Part shown: piece after piece, positions 51,601-61,049 of the stretch
How the letters are laid out: the number at the start of each line of letters is the position of its first letter
Position numbering within the stretch: the first letter of the stretch is position 1
Source: Girardia tigrina
Lineage: Eukaryota
DNA length: 61,889 bases
Direction of reading: 5' to 3'
Assembly: GCA_001938485.1 (NCBI GenBank)
Contig: MQRK01207513.1
Coordinates: 4,162 to 66,050 of the forward strand
Notes under the pieces: generated by a model
What the model was told of the DNA's origin: nothing
Database searches by the model: none
Seen by the model: only the letters and a program-made list of their open reading frames with translations
Program-made: the position numbers and the translations under genes

Positions 51601-54600
51601 GATTCATTAATTGTGTTGTTAAAGCTACATTACGTTAAAATAACGGATTTAACAGTCAATTAAGTCGGGTAAATCTGTTATTTTACATTATGTATATAAT
51701 ATTATTTTTAAGTCATATTATTTCCATTTTCCTAATTTAACTTTAAGTATTATATCAATTTCAAAGAAATAAATTAAAAGTAAGTTTGATGATCTGTTTA
51801 TGTAATTCAAGACGATTATTTTTAGTTGTTTAATTATCTTTAATCTTTGTTGGAGCGGAGAATTGCCAATTTTGACCGAACATTTATTTTGCCAGTTTCA
51901 GTATATAAATAAAAATATATAATTAAATAATTAAATTAATAAATTAAAAGAATGAAATAAATTAATTAAATTAAATTAAATAAAAAAAATATAATTAAAT
52001 AAATTAAATAATTTAAATAAAATACAGTTAAAAAACAACACATTATCAATCGATAATGTTAATATAGTATGAATCAAATAATGTAGATAATGTGAATTAT
52101 GAATTGTGAGCCTCCTTTGTGAAATTATGTAATTGCAATAGGATCAGGTATGTATTTTATTTGGTGATTGGCTTGTAAATGAATGACTGGTAAGTGGATT
52201 TCTCTGCCACTGTGTGTGTGCGTGTTGTGTGAATGTCTGAATGGGGTGTAATTTGTGAATGATATGTTTTGATTGGTAAAATGTATGTATGTGTGTTAAA
52301 GTGTGTGTGTTAATTTTAATTGTGATTTTCAATCACAATTTTTTAAAAACGATGACAAAAATGGAAAATTATTTCTCTGCCACTGTCGGTGAATGAATTC
52401 TTGTCAATTTAAAAAAAATAAAGAAGGTTTCGTGTTTTGCTCTGTTTTTGAACAATTAAAAAATATATATAAATTGATAAACGAAATTTAAATGGATCCG
52501 ATGTCTGGCGACGTTTTAAATTCTGACATTTCCGTAATCGATGAGCCACTCGATCTGATTCGATTGAGCTTAAATGAGCGAATTTACGTTAAAATAAAAA
52601 ACGATAGAGAATTACGAGAGGAAACAGTGACGACTTTGGAGATTGATGATGAGACGCTAGAGGAAATTCATAAAGTGAAAGGCGATTATTACTGTTTTCT
52701 GTCCACCTCTCTTTCTAAAAAATCGTGGAGACACGGTTTCCTGTCCAGGTATATTAACGTAAATGGAAAATTTTATTATAAATATTACTCCGAGTATATT
52801 TTAATAAAGTATTATTTTGTAATAATGGCAAAAAAATATATAAAAATTAATAATTTTAAGAAAATTGAATTTATTTAATTATTTAATTTTATAAATTTTT
52901 AATATTTTTTCTGAAAAAAATCCGCGGTAAAGTCGTCCGCGGTAAAGTCGCCTCACCGGGTTACTTGTCTGATGTTGAATGTATGCTGAATGTATGTTGA
53001 ATGTATGTTGATAGTATGTGTGACTTTGAGATTGTAAACCAATGAAAAGGCTTTGAAAATGTGAGTCATTATAACATCACTATTTTCCCCATTAAAGAGT
53101 CGAGATTATTGATATTGTGTTATAGTTCATAAATCATATAATCTGAATTTGTCATTTTAATTTAAATGGATAACAGACATAATTATAAATTTTGATCTAA
53201 AGATTAAACATTTGATGCGTTAAAACTGAAAACAGTGACTAAAAAGTGTTTTTTAGTTATTGCATATAGATTCAAAAGTTTTCTAGATCAAAATAAGTCA
53301 AAATTTTCATTATTGAAGTCAAAAAATGTTAAATTTTTAGGTCAAAATTTAGGTTGCAAAACTGATAAGTAAAACTAATTTTTCTTATTTTTTTAAATGT
53401 AACATCTTGAGTTTAAAATGTGTTCTTCTTATTTCTAAAGTTTTATGAAAAATATTATTAAAGTAACTAATTTGTCTTCAGGCATGGATTTTACTGCGAA
53501 TGCAATCCGGGATGGACGGGAAATAGATGTCAGAGAATTTCATTAGTAGACTATAATATATATAATAATAGACCATATAATAATAGATATAATGTACCAT
53601 CAATAATTCAAAGTTTAAGATCCAAATTTGTTACCAAGAAATTGTATATAAAATCTACTGTTCCGCTGTATAATACAATTATAAATTCTACCACTCGGAT
53701 TCCAAAGATATTAAAGATATATACGGCTTTTACTAAAGTTCCTACTTATAAAAGGCCAAACTATTTCAATTCTACCACTTCAACTGTTTCCAAATTATTA
53801 AATGTTTCTAGTTCATCTAATTTCTTTTCTACGAAAAAATATTCTGAAACAAGAACGAAATCGGATCCTGTTGCGACATCAACATTACATCAAATGACAG
53901 CAAAAACATCATTTTCAACACTTTCAAAAGAATCAAATTATTCTGTTAAATATCAAGAAATAAAGGCAATATCCGGAAAAATGAAAAGTAATGAGAATGA
54001 AGAAAGTAAGTTGTATGTTAATAATTTTAATTTCTATATTCGTAAAAAGTATAGGGATTATCAGAATATAAATCACTTACGTTTCCTGATTTATATAAAA
54101 TATACATATATCTATTTATATAGTCACGTACCTCCTCTTTTCCGCCTTAATCAAACAAAATCCATTATGTGAAGACTAATAATGGTACAGTCAGACACCA
54201 GCCATGTTAGCTATTAACCCTTTGAACCCTAAAGGCCGATAAACCGGCCAGATTTGGTGAGACATATTTTAAACTTTTTTTTGAGTAAGTTTTAAATTTA
54301 AGTGAACTAAACATAGTTTTCATACTAACAATCGATATTGCATTTTTAGTCAAATATTATTTTTTGATCAAACATTACTCAGGAGCTCAGGGATATGATA
54401 CTAATACAATGAAAGTCTTAGGGTTCAAAGGGTTAGCAACAATACAAACAGATGTTATTCCTCTCGAAACTAATAGAATTGACAGGCGGCGACATCATCA
54501 ATTACTTAAAAATGCATCAAGTCAAATAACAAGTATAGAAAGAACAAAATAGAGGAATAATGGAATCTACAAATCTGTCATATTCCGGAAGCGAGTCTAT

Positions 54601-57600
54601 CCAATTTCGAGTTCTACATATGTCCAATCTTTGAACATTTTTCAGTCGCCATTTGTATTTGATTTGTCGATGATTTCAACAAATGAAGTCACAATATTGT
54701 TATTCTATCTTTTGAAAATAATCTCAGAATAGTTTCATCATTATTTTTTTAAAGAGCTTTTTCTTCAGTTAAATAAGATGACAATACGAATAAATAAAAG
54801 AGAGAAGAAAATATCGTTTATTTTGATAAAAACAGATACGGGTTCAAAAGAAATTCATTAAATCTTAGAATAAATATATCATACAGTGGATGATGTCAGC
54901 ATTAAAAACCCAATATCACTGTATAGATATATCTAATAAAAAATTAGGGGGAATCGAGAACCTCCGGTATTAGTAAGAGTTATTGAGACATTATTGGTAC
55001 AGATTCTGTATTTTCCAAACTCGTGTTGAAAGTCGACACATTACTCCGGAGATGAGAGTATATTTTTAAAGAATCAAACAGGTGGTTTACAAGACACCTG
55101 AATTTGAGATCATCACTAGTCAAATCAAATCGTAGAATTTGTGAATCAACAGTTCTTCTAGTTGAAGTCAGTCAAGTCTGCAATACTAATAATGCAGACG
55201 TCAATAACGATCAAGATAATCCATAAAGGAGACATTCAATCTGAAATTGAAACTTCGACCTTTTCAATGGTACCAAAGATAAATATTAAGCTTTTGTATC
55301 GAAGATTTTTCTGTGAAGGGAGAGTTAAACTGTCCATTTCGCGGTGTGTTAAGTCCAATAACTCCACCGAAGGTATGCGACATCACGGAACCCCAGTTCA
55401 TGGTAGGTCGTTGTTTATATGGATGCCGAAAAGGTCTCAGAGATCAAAGCACTCAAACTGTGGAGGACTTTCAAGATGGTAGAACCCCATTTTGTAAAGA
55501 AATATTGTCATTTCGAAACCCTAATCAGTGAGTATTCACAATTTAATGCTAAAAATTATTATGTTAAAAAAATATGATTTTAAAAGAATTTTCAAAAATA
55601 TACAATAAAACAGTTCCTAAAAAAGCATAAGGTTTTTCTCTTTAGGGGGTACACTAATCGAAAATAAATAAATGAAGATGAAAACTTAATTTCGTAAAGT
55701 AACTATTATGAAAATAAATATAAATTATATTTAAGAATAATTAAAGACTTTTATTTTGATTGTTTAAATTGTTTTGATTTTTTTAATCTTGTCTTCTGAT
55801 TTATTATTATTATTATTATTATTATTCAGATTTTTCATGGAGCGGAAAAATTAATTTTTTCACGGTAATTTATGATTTATAATTATTTCTCAAGATTATA
55901 AAATAATTTTACGTTAAATAAAATTATCATATGTTTTATTATTATTATTTTGGAACTATGAAAATACTGTCACATGATGTAATTATTCGAAATTTTAATA
56001 CATGTAAACAATCTTTTGATCATGAATTATTTGTTATTATTATCATTATGTAAATTGTATTTTTTTTAGGTTTTTATTGTAATTTTGTTTTTAACATTTA
56101 TTTTTTTTTATTTTTTAGATTATTCTTTCAGTAGTGATTGTTGCTCTCGCAATGATCATTGCGTATTTAGCTATTCAATATGTGAAACTCAAATATAAAC
56201 TTAAGTAAATATCTTGCTTTCATTTATTTAAAAAATATAATTATATTACTATACATTATTTAAAAAATTAATTAATATCCAAATTTATTTAAAACTGTGG
56301 TATCAAGTGGGTAGACGGAGGCAACAAGATTTATTAAGAACAAAAAACAAAACGCCGTTAGCGCATATTAAAACAAAATGCAATTGAAATTAATTAGATA
56401 TTCTATCTGACCCAAATCTCCTAAAACCTCCGAACAAATGGAAACAGTTACCGGTTATCTACCACTTTCTTCCAATTTCTGATTTATCCCTTATTAACCA
56501 GCAACAGTCTAATTGTCTTATCTCATATCTCCTTGGGTTATCCAGTGATCTATGGTTCACATGACCAGATTAGTGGTAGTCCTTTTAAGTAGCCCTTCCT
56601 CCGGAAGCAGTCAACCTATTAGAATCCATGGTGCATTTTCATGATTTGCCACTTTTTAATCCACGATGTCATGTCCCTGCTCTCAAAGCTGAAAGCCTAA
56701 CAGAATTTAGAAATCATCATAACCATCAGTTAATTTTCTCTTCATCGTAATTATTAGTATCATCTTTCGGATCCGGCAGTTGCGATTAAACATTTATGCT
56801 AAAATTCAGCTCAATTGAACCACAGGAAGTGGATGAAAAATCATTTTCAAGATTTGCAGAAAATACATCAATAAACAAATAAATAAATAGACGGAGTGAA
56901 TTAATATAAGTGTGGTAATAACTCATTTCGAATTGAAGTACGAGAATATTTAGAATGATAGTGGGAGCTTCTCAGTGTCGAATTAGTTAATAAATCAGTA
57001 TGAAAAATCTGTTTGAACACATGGATAGAAACAGATAGATCAATAGTTGGAATATGATCTCAGAATTTTGAAAAAAAACGCACACATATTGATTATTGAT
57101 ATGTTGTGTATTATAGTGTAAAGTGGGGTCGAATGTCCATAGGGTAAAGAAGGTGAAGAAAGCAAAATATTAAAAATCTGTTTGAACACATGGATAGAAA
57201 CCCATAGGTAAATTGCCCGATTCCATATCAAAATCATCCAAAAAGTACTGAAAAATCAATATTTCGATTGTGTGCACATTATGTGTGTAAATATTATATT
57301 ATTATATTATACTATGTTATCAACCATTATCGTATCAACCATTTAAAACGTGACCGTATCCAAGGTGATATCATCATGCATCCATCATGTCAACATTTTG
57401 CATTCATCATGTCAATGCACAGCTGAACATGTAAAAATACAGAAAATACTGAATATTTTATATAATTCTAAAAGAACTACCTTATCGACCATTACTATCA
57501 TACTATCAACTGTCCAATATACTTTATCAACTATATCATCAGCTACTTAGTAGCCTGATTTACGAAAGTGATTTATTTTTATTTTATTACCGCGCAAGTA

Positions 57601-58547
57601 ATATTTCATAGATAAAATAAAACAATAATGACATTTGATTTTTTTTTAATTTCGTTGGAAAGAATATTATACAACAGTAAAATACTTACAGTCAATCTAT
57701 AAAAAAAACTAATAGTAATGTGAACATTAGGTTTAAAAGATTGGTATCAAAATTGAAACTCTAGGTTATTAAGGGTTAATACTACCATTTTAAAATATTT
57801 TAAAAATCACTAAGAGAAATGAAATACTAACCAAGTAAAGTAACGGATAACATGAAATAGTAGGACACCTACTATTTTAATAGTAGGTGGAAAAAAAATT
57901 GAAAAGGCGCCCAATATTGGTTTACACCTACTATTTGGTGCTTTTGTTTTGAANNNNNNNNNNNNNNNNNNNNNNNNNNNNNNNNNNNNNNNNNNNNNNN
58001 NNNNNNCATCATAGATAATAAAAGCATCATCAGTTAATATTTCTTCACTATCACTGTGATCAGTTTCTTTTTGGGATTCCGACAAATACTTTTTTACAAA
58101 ACGTTCGCCATACACATCATGTTTCATGCTTTAAAAACGATACACCTACTATTTGATTCCACCTACTATTTTAATAGTAGGTGGAAAATTTTTTGAAAAC
58201 TTCATTACACCTACTATTTCATGTCCACCTACTATTTGATGTTATCCGTTATTAATTTTTTCATTCGTTGTTTATTTGAAAAATTGTAATAAAAATATTA
58301 TAATTATAATCATACCCATTTATGTAGGTACATGACTCGCTCTTATGCTACGAGACCTTTACCTTTGTTACATCCGGTGAACAACCGTGACCGCATCTGT
58401 AAACAAAAAATGACAAGGTTATATCTTCCAAACCCAGAAGAATCAGAATATGACTTTTGTACAATTCAAACATCCCTTAAAGATGAACAGAACGAAGAAG
58501 ATGGTTATGAAGAACCCATCTCAAAATTTTCCAAAAGTCATTCATGA
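21477..58547 (+). CDS. Notch-ligand-like (Delta/DSL-related) single-pass membrane protein, 9 exons (21477-21539, 21597-21739, 21798-21891, 26336-26487, 44969-45130, 53482-54005, 55830-55864, 56119-56204, 58328-58547), 1479 nt, 492 aa
   Basis: All 8 introns are GT-AG with compatible phases (0,2,0,2,2,1,0,2) and no internal stop. Domain order: signal peptide, C2/MNNL-like domain, DSL-like [21 protein letters not shown]...GEKIC, EGF (HGKC...[13 protein letters not shown]), Ser/Thr stalk, TM, cytoplasmic tail. Confidence 0.82.
21597..21739 (+). CDS. DSL-like gene exon 2, C2/MNNL-like ([47 protein letters not shown])
   Basis: gattag| ... AG|gtattt; Y.N......G..C...CD..F.IC pattern of Notch-ligand N-terminal domains. 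Confidence 0.82.
21798..21891 (+). CDS. DSL-like gene exon 3 ([31 protein letters not shown])
   Basis: gattcag| ... CAG|gtataa; 58-nt upstream intron; phase 2/0. Confidence 0.8.
22150..23100 (-). mobile_element. Tc1/mariner transposase pseudogene, probably maT/DD37D type
   Basis: ORF 22505..22858 (DEK.F...NLQN..W...KFPASLIV...VNSEGDLM) is followed by [10 protein letters not shown]...CPPS..DVNLLD.YVW; stops and frameshifts. Confidence 0.7.
25525..25745. mobile_element. piggyBac-type MITE
   Basis: TTAA|CCCCTTACTGCATG ... CATGCGGTAAGGAG|TTAA (14-bp imperfect TIR, TTAA TSD). Confidence 0.75.
26336..26487 (+). CDS. DSL-like gene exon 4 ([24 protein letters not shown]...PRNINV)
   Basis: ttattcag| ... 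CA|gtaagt; I.V.D.D....D.I C2-type loop; overlaps ORF 26300..26491. Confidence 0.85.
26735..30800 (+). mobile_element. Gypsy/Ty3 LTR retrotransposon (defective, apparently chimeric): LTR remnant, PBS, gag, protease, RT, RNase H, truncated integrase, LTR remnant
   Basis: Homologous AT-rich ends (~26735-26852 and ~30700-30800, both ending TTATGCAAGATTTTTATA). PBS TGGTGTCAGAAG. Zinc knuckle [13 protein letters not shown], protease LIDSG, RT YIDD, RNase H TDAS/DRELLA, integrase HHCC and D-D motifs. Confidence 0.92.
26854..26865 (+). promoter_or_regulatory. LTR-retrotransposon primer binding site (tRNA-Leu type)
   Basis: TGGTGTCAGAAG lies just after the LTR end and is complementary to a tRNA-Leu(CAA)-type 3' end ...CUUCUGACACCA. 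Confidence 0.65.
30824..31350 (-). mobile_element. Tc1/mariner transposase remnant
   Basis: [11 protein letters not shown] followed by a decayed W..RS..L...F..G.LK region; heavily mutated. Confidence 0.4.
32530..33590 (+). mobile_element. IS630/Tc1-like (TRT-like) transposase pseudogene
   Basis: HTH region ([19 protein letters not shown]...KRGG), [34 protein letters not shown] and [11 protein letters not shown]; one stop and one frameshift. Confidence 0.8.
33883..33978. repeat. 37-bp inverted repeat (hairpin); most of the left arm is also directly duplicated at ~33735-33788
   Basis: AATTTTAAATCTGCTTAAATAGGCAAGCAGTGATTAT / ATAATCACTGCTTGCCTATAAAAGCAGATTTAAAATT, 2 mismatches, 22-nt loop. Confidence 0.85.
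34860..38180 (-). mobile_element. NeSL/Utopia-like (R2-group) non-LTR retrotransposon, frameshifted and 3'-truncated; N-terminal region + two Ulp1/C48 domains + RT N-half
   Basis: RT motifs [26 protein letters not shown] and GVRQGCPL, then [10 protein letters not shown] after a frameshift. A Ulp1 domain (HWVL/DPL/Q...DC) precedes RT, the NeSL architecture. Ends before YADD. Confidence 0.85.
38501..39008. mobile_element. MITE/foldback element with long inverted repeats
   Basis: TA|CTGTCGCTGACATTTAAGAATATCAATGTAGACA (from 38519) versus TGTCTACATTGATATTATTAAATGTCAGCGACAG|TA (to 38992). The inverted symmetry extends to 38501/39008. The interior is CA-rich then TG-rich. Confidence 0.75.
39622..39662 (-). 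ncRNA. minimal type I hammerhead ribozyme motif, helix III altered
   Basis: GAC-CTGATGA-T-GAGAT tattatt ATCTC-GAAA-CCCT-TC-GTC on the minus strand. Confidence 0.55.
39809..39849 (+). ncRNA. minimal type I hammerhead ribozyme motif (Penelope-type), intact
   Basis: GAC-CTGATGA-T-GAGAT tattatt ATCTC-GAAA-CGCG-TC-GTC: 3-bp helix I, 5-bp helix II, palindromic ACGCGT helix III, GUC triplet (predicted cut after 39846). Confidence 0.8.
40371..40492 (-). mobile_element. Penelope-like element GIY-YIG endonuclease fragment
   Basis: [14 protein letters not shown]....[10 protein letters not shown] matches the G.T.R.L..R..EH...S.V..H...C pattern of PLE endonucleases; runs into the assembly gap. Confidence 0.7.
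40493..42228 (+). mobile_element. hAT (Ac/hobo-like) transposon, 5'-truncated, defective
   Basis: ORF 40410..41915: [27 protein letters not shown]. After a stop, [14 protein letters not shown] (hATC). AACAGCTGTT subterminal repeats; 3' end CAGAAACCCTA at 42228. Confidence 0.9.
43268..43305 (+). ncRNA. degenerate hammerhead ribozyme motif
   Basis: TAT-CTGATGA-T-GTTCTGATGTGCGC-AAAA-CATG-TC-GTG: same layout with a palindromic ACATGT helix III, but GAAA->AAAA and a weak helix II. Confidence 0.4.
43424..44206 (+). mobile_element. non-autonomous DNA transposon, probably hAT-type
   Basis: Starts CAGTGCTCGAAGTGG next to a (TA)n run. The subterminal motif AAAYAAGTGCCGGTATG occurs four times (~43441, 44088, 44146, 44176), with a GGTATGGCATACC palindrome. 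The right TIR is decayed. Confidence 0.55.
44372..44920 (+). repeat. 108-bp direct repeat pair (44372-44479, 44813-44920)
   Basis: The copies differ at about 3 positions; offset 441 bp. Confidence 0.85.
44969..45130 (+). CDS. DSL-like gene exon 5 ([53 protein letters not shown])
   Basis: ttattaag| ... AG|gttcct; DSL-type Cys/YYG motif; overlaps ORF 44919..45140. Confidence 0.85.
47524..47800 (+). mobile_element. mariner-like left end remnant
   Basis: TACGTGGTGCGTTCAATAAGTACCC resembles mariner TIR starts; no matching right end found. Confidence 0.4.
50167..50745 (-). pseudogene. MULE transposase C-terminal fragment
   Basis: Contains only the region around the catalytic E (TNNAIE); the N-terminal and DD portions are missing. 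Confidence 0.85.
51254..51384. repeat. 47-bp minisatellite, ~2.8 copies, inside the MULE
   Basis: TCCATTATT.TTAATCAA..ATACAGTGAT....ATAATTTACTCCA unit repeated at 51254, 51301 and 51348. Confidence 0.75.
52492..52711 (+). pseudogene. LSM3: LSm3 (U6 snRNA-associated Sm-like protein) gene fragment, internally deleted, intronless
   Basis: [25 protein letters not shown] | [19 protein letters not shown] | VKGD(fs)ITVFCPPL matches LSm3 ([57 protein letters not shown]). Confidence 0.9.
53482..54005 (+). CDS. DSL-like gene exon 6: EGF C-half ([16 protein letters not shown]) and Ser/Thr-rich stalk
   Basis: tgtcttcag| ... GAAA|gtaagt; in frame with ORF 53642..54172. Confidence 0.85.
54218..54432. mobile_element. 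piggyBac-type MITE
   Basis: TTAA|CCCTTTGAACCCTAA ... TTAGGGTTCAAAGGG|TTAG; perfect 15-bp TIR. Confidence 0.8.
55830..55864 (+). CDS. DSL-like gene exon 7, 35-nt micro-exon ([12 protein letters not shown])
   Basis: ttattcag| ... ACG|gtaatt; converts phase 1 to phase 0, as the TM exon requires. Confidence 0.65.
56119..56204 (+). CDS. DSL-like gene exon 8, transmembrane helix ([28 protein letters not shown])
   Basis: Long poly-T tract + ag| ... AA|gtaaat; hydrophobic helix followed by basic stop-transfer residues. Confidence 0.8.
57841..58251. mobile_element. MITE with internal CACCTACTATTT repeats
   Basis: TAACGGATAACATGAAATAGTAGG ... CCTACTATTTGATGTTATCCGTTA, with two CACCTACTATTTTAATAGTAGGTG palindromes inside; spans a gap. 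Confidence 0.75.
58328..58547 (+). CDS. DSL-like gene exon 9, cytoplasmic tail ([12 protein letters not shown]...EESEYDF...[16 protein letters not shown])
   Basis: tatgtag|, phase 2, in frame with ORF 58332..58547. Confidence 0.75.
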
Positions 58548-61049
58548 AATGTAAATCGTAATTGGATATGTATTATTACAAAACCAATTGCCTCTTTTAA
58601 ATACATTTGAAATGTCTTATTTTAGTTGGTAACATTTTATGATATTAACAATAACTATATTAATTCGTGCATATTACTTTATTATTTATTATTAATCGGG
58701 ACTTTTTACTGAATTTATATATATCGATTAATATCTAAATCATTTATATAATAAAAAAATCACTTTTTTGTTATTTATTATATTCCTAAAATTATGAAAA
58801 GTTGATTAAATTGTTTAAAAGTTTTGTTCTATTCTGAAATAAAAGAAACTCGTCTTATGATATTTTGAACGATTTTATGAGCCTTAACATCGTTTATTTG
58901 CCTCATTTGACTCTTACTATTATATATATGATCATTTACCTGCGTTTTATGAAATAAACAACAATCCATGACGATTTTTGTTGAGAAAAATGATAATTTT
59001 AAGTGAGGAAGGATAATGATAATGAAGACGTAACCCAATGGCTAGATATCAAGAAGAACCATGTTACTTATTTTCTGAGGAAATATCAGAAGGATGTCAC
59101 TGACCGTATAACGAAACGAATAAGTTGTCTTAGAAAATCAGGTTATACAAAAAATAAAATGCTTAAATATGATTTCAATAAAATTCTATTCAGTTCTTCT
59201 GTTAGTCTTAGGACTGAATTTGTAAAACAGATGTCTCAGTGTGGGATCAATAGTAAGTCGACTAACCTCAGTATGAAGGTCAGGCTCACTCTCAAAATTT
59301 TTGAAGCAATTATTTTTTATAAAGAATCTCTAAAATAATAAAATATTTAAACTCAAAAGTTTTTAAGCAAATTTAAGTAAAAAAATATACCTTAATTAAT
59401 TTTAAACAGTTATTTTCGGAAATAATCAAATTTTAATTGTAGAGTAAAAACTTATTTTGAAATTAATTGGGGAATAAGGGATTTTTAAATAATTGATTTA
59501 AAAGAAATATATAAAGACTGATAATTATGTTTGTACTAATTTTAAAAGTTATTCTAATAATAACAAATTTGAATATTGTAAATTATTTTTTGTATTTAAA
59601 TTGTATTTAAAATTTGTATTGTATTTAAAATAATTGTAGGTAAAAATGCTTTTAAACTGAAAAATTGATAATAAAGAAAATGTTAAAATCTTTATTAATT
59701 AAAAAACTTTTCTCAAATAAAAGAAAATAACATTAAACTAAATCTAAAATAATAAAAAATCATTTCGGTTAATTTAGTAAATATATGACTACAAAATTAT
59801 GTTGGTTTTAATTTAAATTAAATTGCATAAAATAGTGGTATGTAATTTTCAAAAATAAATAGAATAGAAAATTTCAATTTTAAAATAACTTATCAGTATT
59901 TAAATTTCATATTTTTATATTATAATCTGGTAAAAAAGAAAACGAAGAAAAGTTCCTCAACAAACAATTGTTATTAAAAAATTGTTAACTAAAAATTGTT
60001 TGAATAATTGTTAATTGTGCTATAAATAAAATTTTGGTGTTAATGAGTCTTAATCTCGATCAAGAACCCAACACTCAGAATTAAGTTTAGTAACCTACAA
60101 GCCTTCTAAGAAGCATCCCTTATCAACCAAAAATATCACATATTGGATTACTTTATTTAAGAAATATAAAACAGCAACGGAAAGATGCTACAATTTCAGA
60201 TGAAAGTAATTTTTTTACGGATTAAATATTCCAAGCAATTTTTAAGATTGTCTTCAAAACAAAGACTTAATCCCTTTTTTCGTTTTTATTCTATAAATCA
60301 TATGCATTATAATGATGTGGATCACTTTCATACAGTTAGCCTGTTCGCCTAGGGTTTTTATCATCTAGTAAATACTTCTTACTGCAATTACTTAATTTGT
60401 TGAATAATAAGCTTAATTTATGTTTGAGAATTTACTACATTTTAATTTTCTATCATGATGGTGATTTTTATAATAAGGTTCTTTTTGTAATGACCTGAGG
60501 ATTGAGTTTCTGCCAAAATGTAAACTAAATTTAAAATCTTTGGCTTATAATGAAAAGACGGTTAATTGAATACACTGAAAGAACACAATTGAATGAATAG
60601 CACTAATGATAGCCATGTGGACACTGAACATTAGCAGAGATATTTTGTCAGAAGTTAATATAGTCAAAGAAGAATAACTTAATTTAGAAGCTAGTAACAT
60701 CCTTATAAACAATAACTACCGTTGTAAGTAGCAAGACAATGCGGATAACACTGACACACCAAAAACATTTTTTTTCTACTTTCTTTACTTAACGAATGTG
60801 TTTCTGGATAAATTTAGCATACTGATTAAAAAAGATCATTTCACAATATAAAACAAAGATCATTTGAAGTAGTAATCGCTTTATTAATAGATTTACTCAT
60901 AACAGGGTCATTAAAATATATAAAAGTAACTACAATCAAGATTTTTATTAATCAAAAAATTTTCATTTTATAGAAAATAATAAGCAAATAATCATTAATT
61001 TAAAATTTTATCATTGATCATTAAAAATAAAACAATTTGATTCTAAATA

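Larger units (their letters stand above)
49734..52957 (-). mobile_element. Mutator-like element (Pack-MULE) with 9-bp TSD, tandem-repeat TIRs, transposase C-terminal fragment and captured LSm3 fragment
   Basis: TSD GGGTTACTT at 49725-49733 and 52958-52966. Ends are GGTACGC-CGACTTTACCGCGG and CCGCGGTAAAGTCG-CCTCACC. ORF 50167..50745 has [27 protein letters not shown] and HPTVY. Confidence 0.92.

Noticed and set aside
50921-51966. Identical 116-bp direct repeats 930 bp apart, as possible LTRs
   Set aside because: No PBS or PPT in either orientation, and the first copy ends at a gap; cannot be distinguished from an artefact.
52492-52878. Functional LSm3 gene
   Set aside because: The Sm1 and Sm2 cores are deleted, there is a frameshift, and it lies inside a transposon.
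54124-54210. Alternative exon after DSL-like exon 6
   Set aside because: Stops occur in all frames shortly after the AG; the 35-nt exon at 55830 gives a clean path to the TM exon.
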